From: Mobula hypostoma
Lineage: Eukaryota
Assembly: GCF_963921235.1 (NCBI RefSeq)
Contig: NC_086097.1
Location: 79,300,001 to 79,364,000 of the forward strand
DNA length: 64,000 nt
Direction of reading: 5' to 3'
The notes under the pieces are model-generated. The model was not told where the DNA came from. It was given only the letters and a program-made list of their open reading frames with translations, and made no database searches. This document shows positions 12,232 to 22,986 of this stretch, piece after piece (the first letter of the stretch is position 1; each line of letters opens with the position of its first letter). The position numbers were made by a program, and so were the translations under genes.

Positions 12232-12309
12232 CACCATTTCCTTGGCAGGAGGAATCTTGGTCTGTTGACTGGGAATCAGCACAAATGTCAGTGTACCATG
12301 CATCTCAGC
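12232..12309 (-). CDS. PALS1: PALS1 coding exon 6 (PDZ end)
   Basis: attc[34 protein letters not shown]. 78 nt. Confidence 0.97.
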
Positions 12310-12423
12310 CTGAATACAAAGTAAATATTTATTTGATTTTATATAGATGTGATCATTTAATTCAAAGACCACACAAGTCTTGATTTAAAAATCTTCTAAG
12401 GTTAGAAAGGAAATACTGTTTTA

Positions 12424-12630
<207 letters not shown>

Positions 12631-13528
12631 TTATTTAGGTTGAAGGTAAATCACACAAGTTGAACGCTGAGAATCTGGTTAATCAAATGACCCCAGTAAA
12701 GGCAGTAAAGATGAGCAATACAAATGGCCCATGGTCCCTGCAGTTGCTACAGACAAGATAAATGTTCTGATGACAAGAATGTGCTCAACAATTGTATCTT
12801 TAACCCAATACCTGTTTCAATAATCATGTACTTTAATTACTTACATTTTTCAACTAGTTTAAAACATGAATGGCCAGTTGAGCAAACGTCTTGAAGAACA
12901 TAAGCACTAATAGAAATGGACCTGAGCTTGAGGCATTCTTGAAGAGAGGTAAGATAAAAAATAGTAGTAGCATTCTTAAGGTATGAATGAAAGTGTAAAA
13001 TATTTGAGAAGGGCCACTAGATGGAGATAGAATGCTGTACTAAAATGAAGAACATGCCAGCTGAAATGCAAGCGAAACAATAAGTAAAGAAGACATGTGT
13101 TGTAAATATCTTAAAGGAAATCAATCCGATACTTTCCACTGGCTCCTGCTGACTAGAATAAGTGAGGTTATAACATGAAACTGTCACTGACATCTATTCA
13201 CAAGGAAGAGGCAAAAGAAACTAAGGGCAGGTTTGCAGCTTTGGAAAGTAAGCAACAGGGACTAAATCTCCCCTCTTCCTAAACAGATTGACTGAGTAGC
13301 ATTCCTCAACATTCATAGATCGCAAGTAAATGTAGGTTGTTATTTCCTGTAAACTTCATTCAATTTCAAGACAAACTGGAGTTTGCAGAACCAAGCCCAT
13401 TGGAAGAATTACCGGTCATCGAAAATGGATATCTGAACTGATAGGTCCAAACCTGTAGTACAATATTTAAATCTCTAGACTTAAAGAGGAAAATAGCCTT
13501 CCAAATAAGACTTCTTCCAAAACGTATA

Positions 13529-15182
13529 CAGGTGTCCCCCGCTTTTCGAACGTTCACTTTACGAAACCTCTTACGAAAGACCTTTATTAATTACTTGTTT
13601 TCGCTAACAGAAGGTGTTTTCACTGTTATGAAGAAAGGTAGCGCGCGATAAAAAGCAGCGCGCGCCCCGAGCAACCGTGCTCCCCTGGATTCGGAACTGC
13701 ATTCTAGCCGGCATTGCTTAAACACGTGCCTGTAAGCAGCTGTTTGCAAGATGAGTTCTAAGGTATTGGAAAAGCCTAAAAGAGTTCATAAGGGTGTTAC
13801 ACTTAGCATAAAAACTAGACATAATTAAGCATTTCGATCGTGGTGAACGAAATAAGGACAAAGTGAGTTTGGCTTGTGGAAGCTGACGAACATAATGTTG
13901 AAGAGGTTTTGGCATCCCATGACCAAGAACTGATAGATGAAGAGCTGATGCAATTGGAAGAGGAAAGGATAACAATCGAAACCAAATTCAGTAGCGAAAG
14001 TGAAGTCGTGCAGGAACTGAATGTGAAGCAACTGCGTGAGATTTTCGCTGCAATGATAAAGTACGACTTTAATTCTGAAAGGGTACATCAGTTTAGGGCA
14101 TATTTGCAAGATGGTTTGAGTGCTTACAAAGAACTGTATGATAGAAAAAATGCATGAGGATAGCAGTCAAGCAAGCCTTCCACATCAGCCACAGCAGACG
14201 ACAAACCTCGACCTTTAACATCGAGGCAGGCAGTCATAGGAGAAGATGAGCTGCCTGCCCTAATGGAAACAGACGACGATGAGATGACACCCCAGTGTCC
14301 CACAACCCCAACCCCCGGGCCGCAGACAGATACCGATTCGCAGAGAATGCAGCGGTAGCCGATGGCACACAGCACATCTTTAAGATAAAAGCCGAAATAA
14401 ACACGCCAATTATTTAGGTGCCACCCGGCACGTAAATGTCGGCCCAGATCAGAGATGATTGCCGATTGTGTCGCCTCTGATCTGGGCTGACATTTACGTG
14501 CCGGGCGGTACCTAATTAATTAGCATGTTTATTTCGGCTTTTTTCTTGAAGATGTGCTGTGTGCCTCCTAGCTACCACTGTACCCCTGCATGCTTCGCGG
14601 ATTGGTATCGGTTCACTGCCCGGAGGGTGGGGCCACTGCACCACCCCAACCTCCGACGACTCAACTTAACACACCATCATCAGTGTGCTCGGCGCTGTCT
14701 TCCCGATTCTGGTAAGTGATACTACACTGTACATACATTATTTCTACTTTATATAGGCTGTGTATTTTTACGTGTTATTTGGTATGATTTGGCAGCTTCA
14801 TAGCTTAAAGGTTACTGGAGAGAGTGTTTTTGCCAACAGCGCTTGCGTGAGATTTTCTGCCGAGAGCGCTTGCGCCATTTTGCCAAGAGTGCTTGCGTCA
14901 GATTTTCGCTACGGAGAACAGTGCCGGCAATGATTGTGGAAAAGTATTTCTACTTTATATAGGCTGTGTATTTATCATATTATTCCTGCTTTTACTATAT
15001 GTTACTGTTATTTTAGGTTTTATGTGTTATTTGGCATGATTTGGTAGGTTATTTTTGGGTCTGCAAACGCTCACAAAATTTCCCCATATAAATAAATGGT
15101 AATTGCTTCTTCGCTTTACGACATTCCAGCTTACGAACCGTTTCATATGAACACTCTACCTTCGAATGGTGGGAGAAACCCG
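13529..15182 (+). mobile_element. Tigger/pogo internally deleted derivative, copy 1
   Basis: TA|CAGGTGTCCCCCG left TIR and a degenerate right TIR. ATG at 13751 (MSSKVLEKPKR...LSIKLDIIKHFDRGE) is joined to the transposase C-terminus (ORF 13876-14157). Termini shared with 55140-56483. Confidence 0.85.
14293..14638. mobile_element. Palindromic hAT-like MITE nested in Tigger copy 1
   Basis: CAGTG...CACTG ends. Long imperfect inverted repeat (gcacacagcacatc...cagatcagag / ctctgatctg...gatgtgctgtgtgc) centred near 14460. Confidence 0.7.
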
Positions 15183-15510
15183 AATATAAAATGTCATCTC
15201 TGTTGTAATGGAGAAATCAATTTGTACTCAGCAATCTTCCACTAACACCAATTGGTAATAGCCAGATATCTTTATTATGTTTAGATTCAACACCTTCATC
15301 TTCCCCATTCTCTGGAACATTAACTTGGACTTTTTATTTCAATGCCCACCTCACAAGGCAGATTAGACTCTGACTCATGCAAGGGTGGGACTTTAACTAC
15401 GTGTTATCCCTAATGCACTGCAATGGAAGGCAAACTAATGAGCAGATTGTTATGTTATGGAAGTGCTTGGGTCATATGACTGCAACTCAGAAAAACAATG
15501 GATGGAATAG

Positions 15511-15695
15511 CAAGAGACCAAGAAATTCAGCAGATGCTGCAAATCCTGAGCAACACACTCAGCAGGTCAGGAAGCATAAATGGAAGGAAATGAACAGTTA
15601 ATGTTAAGGGTCTCGGCCCAAAATGTTAACTGTACCTCTTCCTATAGATGCTGCCTGGCCTGCTGCGTTCACCAGCATTTTTTTATGTGTGCTGC
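15511..15695. mobile_element. Old head-to-head pair of Penelope 3'-end fragments
   Basis: The left part is antisense and the right part sense to the aagggtctcggccc...atagatgctgcctggcctgctgcg module. Confidence 0.65.
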
Positions 15696-15896
15696 ATGTC
15701 AGACTATTTCAGCTTTGCTTTCAATACTATTATTCCAAACAAACTCACCAATAAACACTGGACCCTGGGAGTTAATGTCTTCCTTGACTTTCTAACCAAC
15801 AGACACAATCAGTACAAATAGGCAGCAATACCTCAGTAACGATTAGTTTACGTACTCGTGCTTCCCTTGGTTGTATGGCCAGATTCTGCTCTAACT

Positions 15897-16942
15897 CAGA
15901 ATCAGAATCAGGTTTAATATCATTGGCATATGTTGTGAAATCTGTTGACTTTGCAGCAGCAGCACATTGCAATATATGATAATATAGGGGAAAAACATGG
16001 ATTACAGTTAGAATATATATTAAACAGCTGAATTAAATAAGTAGTGCAAAAATGGAAATAAAACATGCAGTGAGGTAGTGTTTATGGATTCAGTGTCCAT
16101 TCAGAAATTGGGTGGCAGCAGAGAACAAGCTGTTCCTGAATTGTTCAGTGTGTGCCTTCGTGTTTCTGCACCTCCTTCCTGATGATAGCAATGAGAATAA
16201 TGCATGACCTGGGAGATGGGGCTCTTTAATGACGGATGCTGCCTTTTTCAGGCACTGCTGCTTGAAGATGTCCTGGAAACCACAGAGGTTTGTGTCCATG
16301 ATGTAGCTAACTAAGTTTACAACTTTCTGCACCTTACTCTGATGCTGTATAGTAATCCCTCCACCCCTCAATAACAGACGGTGATGTAGCCAGTTAGAAT
16401 ACTCTCCATGGTACAACTGTAGAAATTTAACAGCGTTTTAGGTAACATACCAAATCTCAAACTCCTAATGAAAAATAGCCACTGTCGTGCCTTCTTTGTA
16501 GCTGCTTCGATTTATTGGGCCTAGGTTAGATCCTCAAGAGATCTTGACCACAGGAACATGAAATTGCTCACTCTTTCCTCTTCTGATCCTCTATGAGGAC
16601 TGGTGTGTGTTCCCTCGTCCTGAGTCTGACATTGAGTGTAAGGTTATTGCTGCAACACCAAATAGCTGATATATCTTGCCCCTGTATGCCATCTCTTTAC
16701 CATCTGAAATTCTGCAAACAATGGTTGTACCATCAGTAAGTGTACAGATCTGTGCCTAGCCATACAGTCATGGGTGTAGAGAGAGTAGAGCAGTGGGCTA
16801 AGCACACATCCCTGATATGCGCCAGTGTTGATTGCCAGGGAGGTGGAGATGTTACTTCCAATCTTCACAGACTGCGGCCTTCCGGTTAGGAAGGTGAGGA
16901 TCGACTTGCGGAGGAAGGTACATAGGCCCAGATTCTGGAGCT
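15897..16942 (-). mobile_element. Rex1/Babar-type LINE 3' part, apparently inserted into an older plus-strand Rex fragment (~15760-15896 and ~16943-17075)
   Basis: [21 protein letters not shown] and HALFSLLSSGRR...FRNSLF motifs. (ttctga)n tail at 15897-15911. Confidence 0.8.
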
Positions 16943-17881
16943 CGATCTACAAATTTGCAAATGATGAGTTGGAGCAGGATTGAGAGAGAACTTATTAATG
17001 TGGTGTCATGGCAATAACATTTCCCTCAATGTCAACAAAACAAGATAGCTGGTCATTGGTTTCAGAAAGAGGTACAGTGAAAAAGCTATTCTGCAAGCTA
17101 TCTACGCAAATCATTTCATCACATCAGTGCATTGAGCAAAAGGAAACAACAACAGAATAGTGATCACACAGTGGAGAGTCTTTAGGTGACCCAATGACAA
17201 CGAAGGTAAAGGTGAATTCCCGCATTAGCATAACTTGCAACGTGGAGATGCACATTATCAGACGTGCCTGCTGGCCTCATTCTTCCAGTAGAAGTAGCTC
17301 ATTCAGGAGGTATTTAAAAAGTGCCCTAATTAATTGGTACACCCTAACTGCAGTGCATATCACTACAAAACACGTGTTATTGGTGGTATACACGGTAGCC
17401 TCTGTGGTGGATGGAATGATTTTTTTTTTAAATACTGGGTGGAACTGCAATCAAGGGGGCTGCTTTGATCTGGTAGCATTGAGCTTCTTGACAGCTGTCA
17501 GAACTTTATTTATCCAGGCATGTGAGTATTACAATCATACTTCTGGTCTGAGCTTTGTACACAGCAGAAAGGGTAAGGAATATCAGGAGCTAAGTCATTG
17601 ACTATACAATATTCAGCCTTTGACCTGCTTTGTGACCAGGATATACCTAAGATGTTGATGGCAAAGCTATTAAAATATCAAGGGTAGCCGGTTGAGCACC
17701 CTGTTTAGAACTGTTTGTAGTCTGGAACCTATGAGCTGTCAATTTTCATCAAATGAGTGGTTGTTGTGTAGGTCTTGTTGCTTTACAGGCTTAACTGTCT
17801 TTAGCTCTCAAATATTGGCTCAACCTTCAAAGAGGATGGAGAGGATCTTGGACTCTCTTCATTACAGCAGTTTATTTGTTC

Positions 17882-20579
17882 TCTTCTTCGGTTGTCCATC
17901 GAAATCCGATGACGACGTCTACTCCTTTAACGGTGAGATCTTTGATGACTACACAGTCCTATCCTGGACCCACAAGCTCTATTGCAGGTGGGACATGTAT
18001 ATGCAGTAGTGGTGGCAACCATGGTTGCATTTCTCCTGGCTCTCTTTTGCTGTCTTCTGGTTGATCTTTCCATCGCCAGAATACGAACCCCGTCCCTACA
18101 CAGCTGTCGCCAAGTGGTACAGTCAGCAGCAACATCCTCCAGGTCCTCAGATCTGATCTTGCACTTCCTTAAAGCATTCTTCATCTGATCCTTATGCGCT
18201 TCTTCGGCTCTCCAGCTGAGCGTCGACCATGATGTAGCTGGCCGTATAACACTCTGCAGGGTAGCCGACATGGGGGCATCCTTATCATGTGCCCCAGGCC
18301 ACTGCAGCTGACACTGGGTGATCATGGCCTCAATACTTCTGCAGTTGGTCTTTACAAGTATTTCAGTGTGAGGCACCCGCTCACGCCAGGTAATTCCCGG
18401 GATGCGCTGGAGGCAGCTTATGTGGAAACACTCCAAGGACTTGATGTGACGGCTGTAGGTTACCCAAGTTTCACAGCTATGAAGGAGGATGGTGACACAG
18501 ACCACTTGGTATACGGCGACCTTTGTGGAGGAACGAAGGCTCCTGTTCTGAAAGACTCTATGCTGAAGTCTCCCAAAGGCAGCCGATGCCTGTTTAATGC
18601 GGCTCTGGATGTCGTTGCCAATGCCGCTATCCTCAGAGAGAATGCTCCCCAGATATTTGAAAGATAGCACTACTGACAGCTTTTCATCACCAACAGTGAA
18701 GGCAGGTAGAGTGGGTGGGACACTGGTACCCCACTGGCAAACCACTTCTGTCTTGGTGGTATTGACAGTCAGCCCCATCCTGCTGTACGCTCTCACCACC
18801 ACAGCAAGGACAGTCTGAAGATCCTCCAGAGTATGGGCCACAAGAGCACAGTCATCTGCATACTGCAGCTCCAGGACCCGCTCTCTTCGGAGTTTGGTGG
18901 TTGTGTGGAGCCTCCTGATGTCAAAGAGGTTGCCATCTAATCTGACGTCCACTGCCACACCGCTGATGTCTTCAATCTCCTTGTGGAGAAGCTTGGTATC
19001 ACACAAGAGGAAGATGTTAAAGAGCACTGGCGTTTGTACATACTCCTGCCTCACCCCTGTGCGTACAAGGAAGGGCTCGGACTCTTGTCCTCCTATGGTC
19101 ACCTGAGCAGTGATTCCATTGCAGAAATGGCGAAAGATGTTAACAAATTTATTGGGACAGCCAAACCTGAGGAGGACATCCCATAAGAGCTCTCTTTGCA
19201 CAGTGTTGAATGCTTTGGAGAGGTCGACAAAGGCCATAAACAGGTCTTGATGTTGCTCCCGGCACTTTTCCTGAAGCTGCCGGGCTGTAGAGATCATGTC
19301 AATTGTGCTCCTACTCTTCCTAAATCCGCACTGCGATTTAGGCAGCATTGACTTGATGATGTTGCTGATGAGTCTCTGAAGCATCACCTCAGCCAGGACC
19401 TTTCCAGCAACAGAAAGGAGTGATATGTCCCTACTATTGCCACAGATGGCCTTGTCACCCTTGTTCTTATAAATGACAACGATGTTTGCATTTCTCCATT
19501 GCTGTGGGATGTTCTTATCAGCCCAGGCCTTGGTGATGTACTGATAGAGGGTGCGCATACACATGTACCCTCCGTTCTTCAGTAACTCAGCAGGGATATT
19601 GTCAGTGCCAGGGGACTTGTTGTTCTTAAGGGAATGGACAGCTGATAGAACCTCCTGGGAGGTTGGTGGTAGACTGAGGTCGTGGATAGAAGAAAGTTCA
19701 GGCAGTTCGTCCAGGATGGTGGGGTCTGCGTCAGAGTCCTGATTAAGCAGGGTGTAAAATGCTCAGCCCACCTCAGCAGAATGGTATTCTGATTCTTCAG
19801 AAGTGTTAGACCATCTGCTGTTTTCAAGGGAGTAACGCATCGATTTATTGGGCTGTAGGTGGTTTTGACAGCATTGTAAAAATTATGCATGTCATTATCA
19901 TCGAAGGACTGGATTTCATCTGCCTTTTCAGTCCGCCACTCATTTTGTATGGTCCGTATTGCCTTTTGCACTTTCCTCGGAGCTGCCTGCCAATGCTGTC
20001 TGATGCTGGTGGATGACAGGTTGTTTAAAGTTGCTCAGTGTGCTTTGTGCATGTCCTTAAGCAAGTTGTGGATGGTGTCCGAGTTATTGTCAAACCAGTC
20101 TTGGTGGTTCCTGCTCTTATGGCCGATGGATTGGGCTGCTGCCTCATAGAGCGCAGAGCAGATATAGGTCCACTGTTGTTCCGTGGTATTTTCTGAGCTC
20201 AAACAAGGTTTCAACCCCCATAGTTTCTCAGCTAGGATGCATTGAAACTCACTTCTTGCTTCCGTGTTTCTCAGTTGGTTGCAATTTAGCCACTTTTTAT
20301 TGAGTTTTTGCAGCTACAAGCGGGGTGCACTTTCATATGGAGCTTGGCCACAATCATACAGTGGTCAGTCCAGCACTCTGCACCTCTCATGGCACGGGTG
20401 ATAAGAACATCCTTGATGTCACTACGTCTCACAATGATGAAGTCGATCATGTTTAGAGCGACAGTGCATCCATGAGGTCTTATATTTTGCCTTCTGCTGG
20501 AAGATGGTTTTGGTTATGGTAAGGTTATGCTCAGAGCAGAGTAAGTAGCTTCATGCCATTTGCATTCACCTTGCCAATA
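17882..20579 (-). mobile_element. RTE-clade LINE, 5'-truncated, with a long RT frame (17927-19564) and a C-terminal C2H2 finger
   Basis: Motifs QCGFR, MAFVDLSKAF, QYADD, FKYLGS and CPTCNRACGSRIGLCSHQRSH. Approximate TSD cagtttatttgttc / caatttgtttgttc. Confidence 0.9.
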
Positions 20580-21449
20580 CAATTTGTTTGTTCACCAACT
20601 GATAAAAGGAGGTGCTGGACTACAAAATATAAATTCAATCTTTAGTTGAGAGATTGCTTAGTTCTGCCTGCTCAGCAAGCATGTGTTGCACATTCTCCAT
20701 TTTGATACCTCTTGTAACTGTAAGATAAAACTAAGCTGGTTAAAATTGTAAGAGAATACACACAGGGCTGTTGATAAAGGGTGGAAAGAAAGATATATTG
20801 TTATAGCTCTTGCAAAAATTTGGCACCAGCGCAATGAACTGAATGGCTGCCTCCTGTGGGATAGTGTCCAATCATTCCAAACATTTGTACAAAGCTGTGA
20901 TAATGTCCTCCAATGCCTCCACTTTGTTATCTAGTTCAGTAAGACTACCTTGGCCTGGCATTATGCTTGAGTATGACTGGTTAGGCAAAATAGTTTTCAG
21001 CAATGGTTAAATAGTCCAAGTGCCATCTTCAGCCCAAGAATATCCTCCATTGTGTCATGTGGAACCACATGAGATAAATCAGAACAGAGCCATTGGCTCT
21101 GAACTGGTTATTCATGATTTATTCTAGACCAGCAGCAGTAAAAGTAGATTTTGCATGGTTATAATATTTCATTCTCCTGCTATAATCAAACCAGGGAATT
21201 AATCGCCAATTAACTCAACAACCTGGACATAATTGGGATATTGGAGGAGAGAAGAATATTGAGGCAAAAGGCATATGGTCACTGGGAGAATATAAATATA
21301 AATCGGCAAGACCAGAGGTCTAGATTGAACATAAGTTACTGGAGCAATTAGGCAAAAGCTCTACCAGCCGTGCAACCCCATGTAGTCAGGTATAAATGGA
21401 GCATCAATTGGGAAAAAATATACAAATACTGGAATAGAATCTTCTTCAT

Positions 21450-21760
21450 ATGTAATCCCTCAGGATTGATGATGACTTCCACTAGATGGCCAACAAGGCC
21501 AGTGTGGGAACAACACTCTTCCACTGGTGGGTACCAATATGACATCTAGGCAAGTATTTTGTGAAGCAATTCATGCCTTTCACCTCATACACAGAGCTTC
21601 CATGAAATGCTAATGTATGGCTTCAAGATCCTTAATGCTCTTTCTCCACATTTGACTCATGGTCCAGAGACTCCAAGGAGTCAGTGAGGATGCTGCATTT
21701 CTTCGCCGAAGGCTACAAACACATCCTTGAATGCTTTCCTCTGTTGTCTTGATAATCTCT
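21450..21760 (-). mobile_element. Old RTE-like 3' fragment
   Basis: Decayed ...WSLWTMSQMWRKSI resembles the RTE ORF C-terminus. Confidence 0.4.
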
Positions 21761-22265
21761 TTGTTTATTTTCAGAACCTGATTTTGGGCATGTGATTGAC
21801 AGGGCCTGCTAGTGTAGTCAGCAGTGTAATCAGACTCAAAATTACACAACAGGCACTGAGTCCAAAAATAAATGTACCATACCTCATTACAATCACAATG
21901 AAAAGATTATCTCATTACTGGACTATAGCTAATGTGCTTTGTTACTCTAAAGAAATATACAGTGTGGGGAGAGCACTATTGACAAAGAGGGGTAGACAAC
22001 AGCTTCTGGAGATTTTGAGAGAGATCAAAGGATCCAGGTCTCCTGTCCACACATGAAGCAGGAGCTGCTAGAACCCAGAGTTGGAGGTCTAATATTGCAG
22101 ATTTAACCAAAGCTTTTGTTTCCTTGTTTTTCTTTTGCATACAAGTACTGTTACATTTATGGTAGACAGTGCTGCATTGAACTTAAAACATGCAATTACT
22201 GTAGTCTCATGTCAAGCTGAAGTGCACATGAATAAAATGAGCAGTGAGCAGAATTTGATACTTAC

Positions 22266-22412
22266 AAGAGGGATATCACGAGCTTTTTCAATGCGAACAA
22301 TTTTCACAGTTTCTCCTCCATACTGTGCAACTCTCTCATAGACATGGTCTTCATTTTTCGATTCCAGAAGCATTTCCTGTTTAGCCACTCCATCATGAGC
22401 TAAAAGCAGTGC
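22266..22412 (-). CDS. PALS1: PALS1 coding exon 4 (L27C end / PDZ start)
   Basis: tttc[16 protein letters not shown]...[24 protein letters not shown]. 147 nt. Confidence 0.97.
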
Positions 22413-22986
22413 CTGAAACAATCAAATCAAACAAACTGAAGTGCATCATAGCATAAACCTGCGTCAATACTGCAACCTAATCTCATCCCTCATATTACCT
22501 AGGCCAAAAAATATCCACACATCTCTCATGCTTCACCCTAGAGAGATTAAGGGTACTAGTTTTGTCAAAGTTCCCAAATGATTACAGTGACATATTAAGT
22601 ATATTATCACCCTGATTTTTCTTTTATTATTTGCTAAAAATCAAGTCTCTAAAGGATTTAATGAAATTTAAAAGTAATTACCTAGATTAATATTGCACCT
22701 GCTAGATGGCAATATATACAGATGTTGTTATTTTTTGGAAAAAAAATACAGACAAGTAACCTATTTCCACAAGACAAATAACCTGAAGAGCAACATTTGT
22801 TTGCACACTTTAAGCCCAAGCATCTCTACTGAGCCATACAGAATTTACTTTAATTAACCAAACACTGCAAAACTTGAGTCAACAATTCATATATTTTGTA
22901 GGATGGATTGTGAAACTATTACCATGTTAAACATGAGAATGAGTAAATCAGAGAGCTAAAGAGTCCTCTGCAAACTTTCCCTATTC

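Noticed and set aside
17200..17340. CpG-containing block with TAATTAATT as a second enhancer candidate
   Set aside because: It is flanked by decayed repeat sequence and has too few motifs to support without an alignment.
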